Positions 19,092 to 29,177 of a stretch of DNA of 64,000 bases are shown here, piece after piece. Location of the stretch: assembly GCA_043806595.1 (NCBI GenBank), contig JAZDGU010000018.1:1400-65399 (forward strand), given 5' to 3'. The notes beneath the pieces were generated by a model, which had not been told where the DNA came from, searched no databases, and saw nothing but the letters and a program-made list of their open reading frames with translations. The stretch's first letter is position 1; every line of letters starts with the position of its first letter. Source of the stretch: Candidatus Micrarchaeota archaeon. GTDB lineage: Archaea > Micrarchaeota > Micrarchaeia > Norongarragalinales > SBBD01. The position numbers and the translations under genes were made by a program.

Positions 19092-20438
19092 ATGGCATTC
19101 GATTTCGACAGGTTCGCAAGAAAGCTGGAGAGGTACGAATACGCCGAGGCTGTGCTCTCGCGGACGGCATACGCGTCGGCGATCCTCAAGGACGGGAACG
19201 TGGACTCGGCAAAGGAAGGCGGGGAGGAAAACCTCGCGGTGCGGGTGTACGCGGGCGGTGCCTCGGGATTCTCGGTCACCAACCAGCTGGAGAAGGCCGG
19301 CGAGGCTCTGCGGAGGGCGGAAACCCTCGCCCGCGCCCGTAAGGGGAACGCGCGCCTGGCAAAGCCCGAGGTGCACGACGCGGATTCTGTTCTGCGGCCT
19401 AAGAAGGACGCGCTTCACGAGCCAATGGAGGAAAAGATCGCGAGGCTCAAGGAATATTCAAGGGAAGCGAGGAAGGGCAAAGTATTCCGCGTGCAGGCTA
19501 CGCTGACCGCGGCAGAATTCGAGAAGTTTTTCGCGAACTCCGCGGGGTCGAGGGTGGACACCTTCGAGCCGCGCATTGTATGCACGGTCCACGCCTTCGC
19601 CAAGGACGGGGGAAGGACGGAGAGCTCGTTCCATCAGATGAAGGCAAGGGCCGGCGCGGAAGCGCTCGAGGAAATGCACGCGAAGGCCGGGGAGGCTGCA
19701 GGCGAGGCCAACCTCCTGCTAAAGGCCGGGGAGGGGCCGAAGGGAAGGATGACGGCCGTGCTCGACTCCGAGCTTGCCGGGGTCATGGCGCACGAGGCCG
19801 TAGGGCATGCGTGCGAAGCCGACGAAGTGCAGGCCGGCGGGTCCATTCTCAAGGGAAGGCTCGGCCGCAGGATCGGTGCAGGAGCCGTAGATATAATGGA
19901 TTCGCCGGCGCTCGAGCCGCGGCTCTGGGGAAGCTATGAATACGACGACGAGGGCACGAAGGCGAGAGGAACGGCGCTCATGGAGCGGGGAGTGCTCAAA
20001 TCGTTCCTGACGTCGCTCGAGACCGCGACCGAGAACCGGGGCAGGCTTACGGGAAACGCGCGCGCCGAGCCCGGCCGCAGGCCGCTCGTGCGCATGACGA
20101 ACACGCACTTCGGCAGGGGCGATGCCGAAGTCGACGAGCTCTTCCAAGGCGTGCGAAAGGGAGTATACCTCGTCGGGTGCAAGGAGGGGCAGGTGTCGCC
20201 TAAGAGCGGCAACTTCACTTTTGCTGCCAAATACGGCTATGTTATTGAAAACGGGGAGAGGAAGCGGCTGTTCAAGGACTGCAGCATCAACGGCAACATC
20301 TTCGACGCGCTGCACGAGGTGAGCCTGGTCGCAAGCGACCTTGCGTTCACGCCGGGGACGTGCGGCAAGGAGAGCCAGGGGGTGCCCGTGACAACCGGCA
20401 GCCCGCACCTGCTGATAAAGAACATCCTCGTCGGGTGA
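19092..20438 (+). CDS. tldD: TldD/PmbA family metalloprotease
   Basis: HEAVGHACEAD, YDDEG, TGNARA, RMTNT, CGKESQ.VPV..GSP. Confidence 0.92.
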   Translation: MAFDFDRFARKLERYEYAEAVLSRTAYASAILKDGNVDSAKEGGEENLAVRVYAGGASGFSVTNQLEKAGEALRRAETLARARKGNARLAKPEVHDADSVLRPKKDALHEPMEEKIARLKEYSREARKGKVFRVQATLTAAEFEKFFANSAGSRVDTFEPRIVCTVHAFAKDGGRTESSFHQMKARAGAEALEEMHAKAGEAAGEANLLLKAGEGPKGRMTAVLDSELAGVMAHEAVGHACEADEVQAGGSILKGRLGRRIGAGAVDIMDSPALEPRLWGSYEYDDEGTKARGTALMERGVLKSFLTSLETATENRGRLTGNARAEPGRRPLVRMTNTHFGRGDAEVDELFQGVRKGVYLVGCKEGQVSPKSGNFTFAAKYGYVIENGERKRLFKDCSINGNIFDALHEVSLVASDLAFTPGTCGKESQGVPVTTGSPHLLIKNILVG

Positions 20439-20647
20439 CGAAAGCCGAAAAAAATGCCGGATAAAAAGTACGTCAGGCGTGCGGCCGGCCAATGTTTTTC
20501 CCCGCCGGAGGATTTTGTGCGAGGCCGGGAAGGGGGGAGGTCAAAATCCCATCCCGCGCCATCCATTTGCCTCAAGCCAAAGGCAGTCCCGCACCGGAAA
20601 CTCGGCGACAAAAAAAATAAAAGCCCGGCGGGCGCACAGATTGTTCC

Positions 20648-21349
20648 ATGTGCGGAAGGTTTTCGCTGACGGTCCCGATACGCAAGCTGCAGGAGCACTA
20701 CGAGGCCAGGAGGGTCAGCGAGGAGGCCGCCAAATGGAAGCCATCGTACAATATCGCCCCGGCCCAGCTTGCGCCCGTTGTTGTCCGGCAAACCGGCGAC
20801 GAGACCGCAACCGAAATTATCCTCGCGAGATGGGGATTTGTACCTGCGTGGGCGGAAGACGCCGCAGCCGGCGGCAGGATGATAAACGCGCGCGCGGAAT
20901 CCGTCGCGGAAAAGCCGGCGTTCCGGAAAGCGTTCAATGCAGGCAGGTGCCTCGTGCCGTTCACGAGCTTCTTCGAGTGGCGCAAGACCGCCGGAAGCGC
21001 GCACAAGACGCCTTTTGCCGTCGGATTCGGCGACCGCAGGATCGCGTCGTTCGCGGGAGTGACGGAGGAAAACGCCAAGCTGGGCGTGAGGACGTTCACC
21101 ATCGTAACCACGGAACCCAACGCCGTGGTGAAGCCAATACACGAACGCATGCCAGTCATCCTCGATGCCGCAGGCGCTGGGAAGTGGCTGGACCCGGAAA
21201 CCGATGCAGTGCAGGCGTCGTCACTGCTCAAGCCGTTTCCCGCGGTGGGCATGCTTGCGTGGGAGGCCTCGCCGCGAGTCAACTCGCCGGCGTTCAACGC
21301 GCCCGAGGCAATGCTTCCCGCCCGCTCCCGGCAGGAGACGCTCGGCTGA
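20648..21349 (+). CDS. SRAP/HMCES abasic-site-protecting protein
   Basis: MCGRF N-terminus, YNIAP, INARAE, FFEW, IHERMPVIL. Confidence 0.93.
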   Translation: MCGRFSLTVPIRKLQEHYEARRVSEEAAKWKPSYNIAPAQLAPVVVRQTGDETATEIILARWGFVPAWAEDAAAGGRMINARAESVAEKPAFRKAFNAGRCLVPFTSFFEWRKTAGSAHKTPFAVGFGDRRIASFAGVTEENAKLGVRTFTIVTTEPNAVVKPIHERMPVILDAAGAGKWLDPETDAVQASSLLKPFPAVGMLAWEASPRVNSPAFNAPEAMLPARSRQETLG

Positions 21350-21399
21350 CCCCCTTTATCACCGTTCCGTTTTAATACCAGTCATGCATGCATTTGCGT

Positions 21400-21966
21400 A
21401 TGGCAAAGGCAGGACGCAAACCGCGGGCGAAGACCAAGACGGGAATGAAGAGGATAGAGGCGAGGAGGCTCCCGATACTTCCCGAATCCGCGCGCGCGTT
21501 CTCGTGGCTGCACCTGGCAGGGTTCATACTCCTGTGCGAGCTCGCGGGAATCGTCGGCGCCGTATTCACCACGCCGAACATCCCGACGTGGTACGCGGTG
21601 CTCGCGAAGCCCGCGTGGACGCCGCCGAGCTGGGTATTCGGCCCGGTGTGGACGCTGCTGTACGCGCTCATGGGAATCGCGGCCTACATGGTTTACCGCC
21701 AGCCGGAGAGCGCGGCAAGGTCATTCGGCGTGCGCGCGTTCTCCGTCCAGCTCGCGCTCAACGTGCTCTGGAGCGCGGTGTTCTTCGGCCTGCAGTCGCC
21801 GGGCACGGGCTTTGCGGTAATCGAGCTGCTGTGGTTCGTCATCGCGGCGTGCACGCTCGTGTTCTGGAGGGTTTCAAGGCCTGCGGCCCTGCTCATGGTG
21901 CCCTACCTGGCGTGGGTGACGTTCGCTGCGGCGCTCAACTACGCGGTCTGGATTCTCAACCCGTGA
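21400..21966 (+). CDS. tspO: TspO/MBR tryptophan-rich sensory protein
   Basis: WY..L.KP.W.PP.WVFGPVWTLLY, QLALN..WS..FFG, PYLAW..FA..LN. Confidence 0.93.
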   Translation: MAKAGRKPRAKTKTGMKRIEARRLPILPESARAFSWLHLAGFILLCELAGIVGAVFTTPNIPTWYAVLAKPAWTPPSWVFGPVWTLLYALMGIAAYMVYRQPESAARSFGVRAFSVQLALNVLWSAVFFGLQSPGTGFAVIELLWFVIAACTLVFWRVSRPAALLMVPYLAWVTFAAALNYAVWILNP

Positions 21967-22035
21967 GCGTGCAGAGGCACGACGGAGTATTTTTATTTTT
22001 GGAGGTGCTGAGTGGAAAAAGTGGGGTGGAATTTA

Positions 22036-22314
22036 ATGGTCTGTTATGCCGTGCCGCTGTCCGCGGCAATCCTGCTGCATGCCGCGAGGAAAAAAGGAAG
22101 GCTCAAGGGCGAAGGAATCGGCCGGTTGAACCTGCTCATGGCAGGAGGCGCCGCCTTTGGAGTCGTCGACCACTGGTGGAACGGCGAGCTGTTCCTCTTC
22201 GGGCCCGGAATGGGCGCGGACCTCGCGCTGGGGTTCGTCATCACCGCGGCAATAGCCGGGTTCTGGGCCGCGTCCGAAATCCTCTCGCCCGCGCCGCAGG
22301 CCGCTAGGACTTAG
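22036..22314 (+). CDS. Small membrane protein
   Basis: Hydrophobic, contains GVVDHWWNGELF; GGGGTGG RBS. Confidence 0.7.
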   Translation: MVCYAVPLSAAILLHAARKKGRLKGEGIGRLNLLMAGGAAFGVVDHWWNGELFLFGPGMGADLALGFVITAAIAGFWAASEILSPAPQAART

Positions 22315-23143
22315 CCCAGCGGTGGTTGGGATTGCGGGGAGTGATTATCCACATGATGATGTAGAGGACTATTCCCGCGCCCCACGCGAGCGAAAGGAGG
22401 ACCCACACGAGCCGCACGATGGTCGGGTCGATTCCGAGGTATTCGGCGATGCCGCCGCAGACTCCGCCCAGGATTTTCTCGTTGCCCGAGCGGTACAGCC
22501 TCTTGCCCTTGATCGGGCTCGCGGTCGACGACGCGGGCCTACCCGACTTTTCCTTCATTGCCATGTGACCACCCCTTTCGATGCACCGCCCCCGGCGGCG
22601 ACAGACTGCAACGCCCAGGAGCACGCCGAAATATCCTATCAGAGCGAATAACGCGAATACGCCAAGCAGGTGCGAGTTGACGAGCACCGCGAGGTCCCAC
22701 ACATCCGCGTTGCTAGCGAAGACCTCACCCTCGAGGACAAGCGAGGAGAAGATCCACGCGATGACCGCACACGCCATGCCGAAGGAAACCGGCCAAAGCA
22801 GCCGGTTGGCGGTCCTATTCGCGCGCGAGACGAACTCGATGAGTGAGGACAGCGCGGTCAGGAGCACGAAGGCCGCGAAGTTCTCGTAGAAGAACCTGCC
22901 GAGGGCGCCGAGAACCTGTATGCCGGTCTGGGCGTACGTCCAGCCGAGCACCCAGATGGCGAAGGCGAGGCCCAGGATGCCGAGGACGAACGAGAACACC
23001 GCCGACCAAGGCGAGTAATACCAGCGGCCGAAGCGGCGCTCCACGTGATCGCCGAAGCCCTCGCCGATGCAGCGCATCTCATCCCGAGCCTCGCGCGCCC
23101 TGCGCTTGAATTCGGCCTTTTGCTGCGAACGCTTTCTTGCCAC
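22304..23143 (-). CDS. Membrane protein with C-terminal PspC domain
   Basis: KRLYRS...KILGGVCGGIAEYLGIDPTIVRL...YIIMWIITP. Confidence 0.88.
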   Translation of the reverse strand: MARKRSQQKAEFKRRAREARDEMRCIGEGFGDHVERRFGRWYYSPWSAVFSFVLGILGLAFAIWVLGWTYAQTGIQVLGALGRFFYENFAAFVLLTALSSLIEFVSRANRTANRLLWPVSFGMACAVIAWIFSSLVLEGEVFASNADVWDLAVLVNSHLLGVFALFALIGYFGVLLGVAVCRRRGRCIERGGHMAMKEKSGRPASSTASPIKGKRLYRSGNEKILGGVCGGIAEYLGIDPTIVRLVWVLLSLAWGAGIVLYIIMWIITPRNPNHRWAKS

Positions 23144-23228
23144 GGATGACCTCCGTGAAAACTCACTGGCGACCCCTTAAATAAAGGGCTAGGTTTGGCA
23201 ACCAGCGGGCAACTTCGAGGCACGACGG

Positions 23229-23810
23229 CTAGGGCTCGCTTAGGACGATCTTCTTCGTCATGCCGAACGGGAAGGTCTTCACGACCTTCTTGGCCTCCAG
23301 CCTTCGCAGGACGCGGAAGGTCTTGACCGGGGAAAAGCCCGTGCGGACGCAAAGCTGCCTCTGCGTCGACTCGCCGCCCTGCCGGACCAGCTCGTCGTAG
23401 ACGGACTTCTCGTCACCGGTGAGAAGCGACGAGGTCACGAACTTGCGCGTCTCCTTGTGCTCCTGCCGGTTCACGTGGCGGAGGACGAAGAAGCCGTTCG
23501 CCAGCAGGAGCGCGCCTACGAGCAGTATGCCGAGGGACTGCGGCGAGAACACGAGGGAAAGCGGGTCGGCGACTCCGCGAGGCCTGTCGAAGCGGTCGCG
23601 GCCGAAGTCCTGGACGGCCGAGGCGTTGAAGCCGGGAACGGTGGCGGAATCGGACACCGCGGGAGCCGCGAAGCGCTGGGATTCCGGGAACAGGGGAAGG
23701 AACTCGTGGCGCCACACGGCGAAGTAGACGAACGCGAAGTATGTGATTACCAGGAAACCGCCGGCAATCAAAGTCAGGTATCCGAGGGCCTTGAGTTCGC
23801 GCATAAGCAT
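23229..23810 (-). CDS. Membrane-anchored winged-helix transcriptional regulator
   Basis: Two TM helices then LTGDEKSVYDEL...GESTQRQL...FSPVKTFRVLRRLEAKKVV...GMTKKI; divergent from the ABC operon. Confidence 0.85.
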   Translation of the reverse strand: MLMRELKALGYLTLIAGGFLVITYFAFVYFAVWRHEFLPLFPESQRFAAPAVSDSATVPGFNASAVQDFGRDRFDRPRGVADPLSLVFSPQSLGILLVGALLLANGFFVLRHVNRQEHKETRKFVTSSLLTGDEKSVYDELVRQGGESTQRQLCVRTGFSPVKTFRVLRRLEAKKVVKTFPFGMTKKIVLSEP

Positions 23811-23862
23811 GCCACCGCCACCCCCTTTCTGGGGCAATTTGGGGAAAAGCTTAACTACCGCT

Positions 23863-23912
23863 TATTTCAGGTCATTACATATTACAGGTTATTTCACTAA
23901 ACCTATATATAT
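23863..23912 (+). promoter_or_regulatory. Four (T/C)ATT(T/A)CA direct repeats followed by a TATA box
   Basis: TATTTCAGGT CATTACA TATTACAGGT TATTTCA, then CTATATATAT. Confidence 0.6.
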
Positions 23913-23941
23913 TGTTTCCGCCATAGTATGGGAAAGAGGCG

Positions 23942-24676
23942 ATGCGCTTGCCGGCAAGGGATGGCCACGTAATCCGGTTCGAGAAGGTCGTGAAGGAGTA
24001 TTCGCTTGGCAAGCGCAAGCTCCGCGTGCTGGACGACATCAGCTTCAAGGTGGGCCAGGGCGAGTTCGTGGCGGTCATGGGCCCGTCGGGGAGCGGCAAG
24101 AGCACTATGCTCCAGATGATGGGATGCCTGGACAGGCCGAGCGCCGGGAGGGTGGTCATCGACGGCGAGGACTCGAGCGCGCTCTCGCCCAACGGCCTCG
24201 CCGACATACGCGCAAGGAAAATCGGCTTCGTATTCCAGGCCTTCAACCTGCTGCCGAACATGACCGCGCTGCAGAACGTCGAGGTCGCGATGACGATAAA
24301 CGAGGTGCCACGAAGGGAGAGGCTGGAGAGGGCGCGCAGGCTCCTGCGGGTCGTCGGCCTCATGGACCGGGAGAACCACAAGCCGAACGAGCTCAGCGGC
24401 GGCGAGAAGCAGAGGGTGGCGATAGCGAGGGCGCTCGCCAACAAGCCCGCGTTCCTCCTCGCCGACGAGCCCACTGGCAACCTCGACTCGAAGTCCGGGA
24501 ACGAGGTCATGGAAATAATCAAGAGCCTTTCGAAGCAGGGCGCGACGGTCATTATCGTCACGCACGAGCCCGTGGTGGCGCAATACAGCCACAGGACCAT
24601 CCGCCTGAGGGACGGGAGGATAGAGTCCGACGGGACCACGGCGCGCCTGCGCAAGGAGGACCTGAAGCTGAAATGA
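23942..24676 (+). CDS. ABC transporter ATP-binding protein (LolD/MacB type)
   Basis: GPSGSGKST, GFVFQ.FNL, LSGGEKQRVAIARA, ADEPTGNLD, VTHE. Confidence 0.95.
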   Translation: MRLPARDGHVIRFEKVVKEYSLGKRKLRVLDDISFKVGQGEFVAVMGPSGSGKSTMLQMMGCLDRPSAGRVVIDGEDSSALSPNGLADIRARKIGFVFQAFNLLPNMTALQNVEVAMTINEVPRRERLERARRLLRVVGLMDRENHKPNELSGGEKQRVAIARALANKPAFLLADEPTGNLDSKSGNEVMEIIKSLSKQGATVIIVTHEPVVAQYSHRTIRLRDGRIESDGTTARLRKEDLKLK

Positions 24677-24683
24677 GGGGTGC

Positions 24684-26009
24684 ATGAACATGAGGAACTG
24701 GATTGCGGGATTTTTCGTGCTGGCGATGCTTGCGGCGCAGGCCTCGGCGGTGACCTTCAACGTCACGCGCTCGGGGGCTTACACCGCGTCCGGCTTCGGC
24801 ATAACCGAAGTCCAGCAGACCCCGGACAGGATATACCCCGGGGACGAGGTCAGGCTCAAGTTCTCCATCCAATCCAACGACCCCGAAGGCGCCGGTACCG
24901 TGGAATTGAACGTGCTCGCGCCGTTCCTGCCCGACACGAGCAACTACCTGCTCGGCGACATGAATAAGAACGAGCCCAAGGACGTGACCGTGAACTTCGT
25001 CGTGCCCGCGAACACCAACCCGGGTTCGTATTACATGTATATATATACGACGAGCAAGTACGGGTCGCGCGCGCAGGTCGCCGAAATCCCGATAACCATC
25101 AACGAGCTCTCGCTCTCCAACGCGCTCGCCGCATCCGTAGGCGATATGAAGGAGGTCTACGCCGGCGACTCCGTCGAGATGCCCATCGAGATTCGGAATT
25201 ACGCCGAACTCGGCGTCGAGGACGTCATCGTGCAGATGAAGTTCGACTCCGGCAACGCGCTGACGCCAATCGGCTCGGACAGGCAGCACATCGACGCCAT
25301 CGCCGCGGGAGAAAGCGGGACGGCGCCGTTCAAGGTCGGGGTCAACCCCTCGGCAACCGCGGGCTACTACCCATTGACGATCTACGTCAGCTACAAGATC
25401 GACCGCCAGCAGCAGCCCCAGGTGAACCAGACGTTCGGCATCCGCGTGCTCTCCCGCACGGCGCTGCTCATCACCTATGACACCGCGGCATCGGCCACGG
25501 GCACCTCAGGTGCCTCGCTCGTGGTGACCGTCGCAAACGTCGGCGACACGCCCGTGCGCGGGGTCTACATCTCGGCCGAGTCCGACAGCTTCGACTTCTC
25601 GGGGGCGTCCGACAAGTTCATCGGAACCCTCAACCTCGACGACTCAGCTAGCATCTCGCTCGCGCCGACCGCAAAACGATCCGCGTTCGTTCCCGGGCAG
25701 GCGCAGGACGGCACGCAGGCGCAGCAGGCTGCGGGCTTGGCACAGGGCGTCATAACGGTCAAGGCCGTCTACAAGGACGCGCTCAACGTCGAGCACACGC
25801 AGTCCATCGACGTGCAGTACAGGCCGCAGGGTCTTGCCGCCGACTCCGCCAACGGCCAGACTGGGGCATTGAGCAACCAGCGGTTCGGCCGCAGGACGCA
25901 GGGCTACACCATACTCGGAATAGACGTACTCTACATAGGAATCGGAATCGCGGCGCTCCTCGTCGCGTTCTTCGGCTGGAAGTGGTACAAGAGGAGGGAC
26001 AAGAAATGA
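24684..26009 (+). CDS. COG1361-type secreted Ig-like repeat protein with C-terminal TM anchor
   Basis: Signal peptide, beta-rich repeats, TM followed by basic tail; typical position within archaeal MacB operons. Confidence 0.82.
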   Translation: MNMRNWIAGFFVLAMLAAQASAVTFNVTRSGAYTASGFGITEVQQTPDRIYPGDEVRLKFSIQSNDPEGAGTVELNVLAPFLPDTSNYLLGDMNKNEPKDVTVNFVVPANTNPGSYYMYIYTTSKYGSRAQVAEIPITINELSLSNALAASVGDMKEVYAGDSVEMPIEIRNYAELGVEDVIVQMKFDSGNALTPIGSDRQHIDAIAAGESGTAPFKVGVNPSATAGYYPLTIYVSYKIDRQQQPQVNQTFGIRVLSRTALLITYDTAASATGTSGASLVVTVANVGDTPVRGVYISAESDSFDFSGASDKFIGTLNLDDSASISLAPTAKRSAFVPGQAQDGTQAQQAAGLAQGVITVKAVYKDALNVEHTQSIDVQYRPQGLAADSANGQTGALSNQRFGRRTQGYTILGIDVLYIGIGIAALLVAFFGWKWYKRRDKK

Positions 26010-27280
26010 AGCTGTATGACGCGGCGGCGCTCTCCATCGGCAACATGCGCGGCCGCAAGCTGCGCTCGTGGCTGACCGTGCTAGGCATAGTCATCGCCGT
26101 CGCGTCGATAGTAGTGCTCATCTCGCTCGCCAACGGCGTCAACCAGCAGGTCAGCTCGCGGCTGAACATGCTCGGCAACGACATCATCCAGATTACGCCC
26201 GGCGCGGAACGCGCTACCCGCACCGGCGGGGGCGGAGGAGGATTCGGCATCCCCGTCGGCGGGGGTTTCGGCGGCGGCGGATCCTCGGGCGGCGGCTTCG
26301 TCCAGCGCTTCGGCGGCGAAGGCCTCGGGGAATTGAAGTTCAGCGAGGCCGACGACATCAAGCTCATCGACGGCGTGTCGAGCGTGGATGCCCGCATTTC
26401 AGGCCGCGTGCGGTCGACCTTCAAGGGCAAGAACGCGTCGCTGACGGTGACCGGCATCGACCCCGCGGCATTCAACGAGATGATCACAACGAGCGTGCTG
26501 CAGGGCAAGCTCCTCAATCCCAGCGACCGGTATTCCGTGGTCCTCGGGTACCGGGTGTCTACCGGCACCTTCAGCGGGGAGGACCTGCTCAACCGGCAGA
26601 TAGTCATCGGCGGCTATTCGTTCAGGGTCGTCGGCATACTCAACCAGACCTCCGGCTCCATGCTGACCTCCGACAACTCCGTCTACATCCCCATAGAAAT
26701 CGCTAAGCAGCTGCTCAACGAGACCGAGAACGCCCAGCAGATATACGTGAAGGTGAAGCAGGGCACGACCGCCGACGACGTCGCGCTCCTGATCCAGAAC
26801 AAGCTCCTCGAACTGCACAGGCTGGGCGCCGACCGCGCGGACTTCACGATAACCACGGCGTCATTCTTCCAGTCCGCGATAAGCGACATCACGGGCACGC
26901 TCGCGCTCTTCCTCGGCGGCATCGCCGCGATTTCCCTGCTCGTGGGCGCGATAGGGGTCGCGAACACGATGTTCATGAGCGTCCTCGAGCGCACCAAGGA
27001 AATCGGAATCCTCAAGGCGCTCGGGACAAAGGACTCGGAAATCACGGCGATGTTCCTCATCGAATCCGCGGCAATCGGCGCCGCGGGAGGTTTCTTCGGG
27101 CTCGCCCTCAGCATCGCAGTATCCGAGATATTGAAGTACTTCAACGTCCCGACGCTGATCACCGTCGAGCTCATGGCGGGCGCGCTCGTGTTCTCCGCGA
27201 TAGTCGGCATCGCCGCCGGCGCGATCCCGGCGCGCAACGCCTCCAAGCTCCAGCCCGTCGAGGCCCTCAGGTACGAATAA
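26006..27280 (+). CDS. MacB/FtsX-family ABC permease
   Basis: RSWLTVLGIVI, NTMFMSVLERTKEIGILKALG, PARNASKLQPVEALRYE; ATGA overlap with the upstream gene. Confidence 0.95.
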   Translation: MKLYDAAALSIGNMRGRKLRSWLTVLGIVIAVASIVVLISLANGVNQQVSSRLNMLGNDIIQITPGAERATRTGGGGGGFGIPVGGGFGGGGSSGGGFVQRFGGEGLGELKFSEADDIKLIDGVSSVDARISGRVRSTFKGKNASLTVTGIDPAAFNEMITTSVLQGKLLNPSDRYSVVLGYRVSTGTFSGEDLLNRQIVIGGYSFRVVGILNQTSGSMLTSDNSVYIPIEIAKQLLNETENAQQIYVKVKQGTTADDVALLIQNKLLELHRLGADRADFTITTASFFQSAISDITGTLALFLGGIAAISLLVGAIGVANTMFMSVLERTKEIGILKALGTKDSEITAMFLIESAAIGAAGGFFGLALSIAVSEILKYFNVPTLITVELMAGALVFSAIVGIAAGAIPARNASKLQPVEALRYE

Positions 27281-27299
27281 GAAAGAGAGTGAACAAGCC

Positions 27300-27758
27300 A
27301 TGGCATCCTCCAAGGTCGTCGCCTCGCTCGTCGCGCTTGCAGCCATCGCATCCGTACTGATGATGGGATGCGTGCAGGAGGGCAACGATGGGCCCGGCGG
27401 CGGGCAATTCAACGGCAACCCGCAGGACGGCCAGCAGCCCCAAGGCTTCCGCAACGGTACGGGACCGCGCGGCTTCGGCAACGGCACCGGGCCGCGCAAC
27501 ATGACGATTGAGATGTGCAACAGCGTCGGCACGGTCGTTCCCGCATCCTCGGAATGCCCTGAAGGGCAGATGAAGACGCCGGCGCTTTCCGACGACCAGC
27601 AGAGCGCCTGCTGCGTCGACCGCTCGAGGTTCCCCGGCAACTTCACGGGCAACCGCTCGGACAGGCCGCCGGGCAATTACTCCGGCGGATTCCGAAACCG
27701 CTCGGGCTACCCGGGCGCGCAAGGCAGCGGCAGCCCCGCCTCCGGCTATCCCGGGTAA
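27300..27758 (+). CDS. Gly/Asn-rich lipoprotein
   Basis: MMGC lipobox-like signal; GFxNGTGPR repeated twice; small 4-Cys core; many NxS/T sequons. Confidence 0.75.
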   Translation: MASSKVVASLVALAAIASVLMMGCVQEGNDGPGGGQFNGNPQDGQQPQGFRNGTGPRGFGNGTGPRNMTIEMCNSVGTVVPASSECPEGQMKTPALSDDQQSACCVDRSRFPGNFTGNRSDRPPGNYSGGFRNRSGYPGAQGSGSPASGYPG

Positions 27759-27864
27759 ATACCTTCAAGCGGTAATGATTGGGCATGCGGGTCTGGAAGG
27801 CAATCGGTTAACGAAAAAAAATCAGGGCGGAAAAAAGGCACAAAAAAAAGGAAAGGGGGAAGGT

Positions 27865-28182
27865 TCAGCCGAAGACTTCCTCCATCTTGTCCTCCAGCGC
27901 CCCGGCCTTCTTTTCGTGCTCGGCCTCTGAAGCGTGGCTCTCCTTCGCAAAGTCCGCTATGGCATCCGCCAGAGCGTCTAGCTGCTTGCCGTAAGCCTTC
28001 CCGATGCGCTCGCGGATCTTCTCGTGCAGCAGCTGCTTCTTCGCCCAGTGAGCCATCATTTCAGCCTTGTCGGCCATCGACGGCTCGCAGCAGCCTCCGC
28101 CTTGCGCGCCGCAGTCGCCTCCGCCGCAGCAGCCGGCTTCATCTTCCCCTTCGTTGCCTTCAACGGTCTCTTCTTCGTCCAT
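27865..28182 (-). CDS. Hypothetical acidic protein with Cys-rich N-terminus
   Basis: GCCGGGDCG...GCCE then a helical region; RBS and TATA upstream. Confidence 0.75.
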   Translation of the reverse strand: MDEEETVEGNEGEDEAGCCGGGDCGAQGGGCCEPSMADKAEMMAHWAKKQLLHEKIRERIGKAYGKQLDALADAIADFAKESHASEAEHEKKAGALEDKMEEVFG

Positions 28183-28271
28183 GCAAACCACCCTCTAGGA
28201 TTGAATGCTTTTTAGGGTTATTGCGGCGGCCGGGTATATAGGTATGGTTTAACCGGCCGGTTCAGGACATG

Positions 28272-29117
28272 CTACCAAACGAAGGGAACCATGCGCCAGC
28301 GCACCTTCCTGCAGTATTCCTTGTAGCCCTTCAGCCCGCGGAGCAGAACCTTCTCCTCGTTCAGCGTACGGAAGTAGAGCACGCCCATGAGCGGCAGCAC
28401 GGCGAGGAAGCCCCAGTAGGACCCCAGCGCGAGCGGCGAGAGCCCGTAGATGATAAGCACAGCGGTATACATCGGGTGGCGGACCACGGCGTAAGGCCCC
28501 GTGGAGATGACCTTCTGGCCCTTCTGCACCTCGACGATGCGGGACAGGAAGCTGTTCTCCTTCATGACGAGGAAGAACATGAAGTAGCCGATGAGCACCA
28601 GCAGGTTGGAAAGCAGGACGACTTCCACGGGCACCTGCGACAAGCCGAACCGGTAGTCCAGTCCGGGCACGATGAACGCCGCGACAAACCAAAGATAGCT
28701 GAATTTGACCAAGGTCTCCTGCTCTGTGACCTTCTCCTTCATGCGCAGGCGGCGCTCGAGCAGCATGGGGTCGCGCTTGAGGAAGTACGCGACGACGAAG
28801 GCCATGGGCACGAGGAGCACGGCCATGTAGAGCCACGCCTGCCAGTAGCACAGGGAGCCCGCTGGTATGAAAAAGAGAGCGCCGAGCGCGAAGGGCGCGA
28901 GGCCGAACCTCACCAGCGCCTTGCGCTTCAGCGCCGCCCTATCGACTTTTTCTCCCGCCGGCATTTTTCCTCCCCCCTTCACGCCTTTCCTGAATACGGG
29001 CCGCAGGAAGAAGAGGAAGAAGGCGAAGAACGCGTAATACAGCGGCTCGTTCAAGGAATAGCCAAGCATACCAAGGAACCCGAGGCAGCCCCAGTACCAG
29101 TCGGCTTCCATCTTCAT
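28272..29117 (-). CDS. Isoprenylcysteine carboxyl methyltransferase/PEMT-family membrane protein with hydrophobic N-terminal extension (internal start at 28964)
   Basis: ENSFLSRIVEVQKGQKVISTGPYAVVRHPMY, RTLNEE..L...GY.EY. Confidence 0.88.
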   Translation of the reverse strand: MKMEADWYWGCLGFLGMLGYSLNEPLYYAFFAFFLFFLRPVFRKGVKGGGKMPAGEKVDRAALKRKALVRFGLAPFALGALFFIPAGSLCYWQAWLYMAVLLVPMAFVVAYFLKRDPMLLERRLRMKEKVTEQETLVKFSYLWFVAAFIVPGLDYRFGLSQVPVEVVLLSNLLVLIGYFMFFLVMKENSFLSRIVEVQKGQKVISTGPYAVVRHPMYTAVLIIYGLSPLALGSYWGFLAVLPLMGVLYFRTLNEEKVLLRGLKGYKEYCRKVRWRMVPFVW

Positions 29118-29177
29118 GGTCCCCACTGGTATAACCACCGGCGCGGCAAATAAAAGGCTGACGGATTGCCGGGCAGG

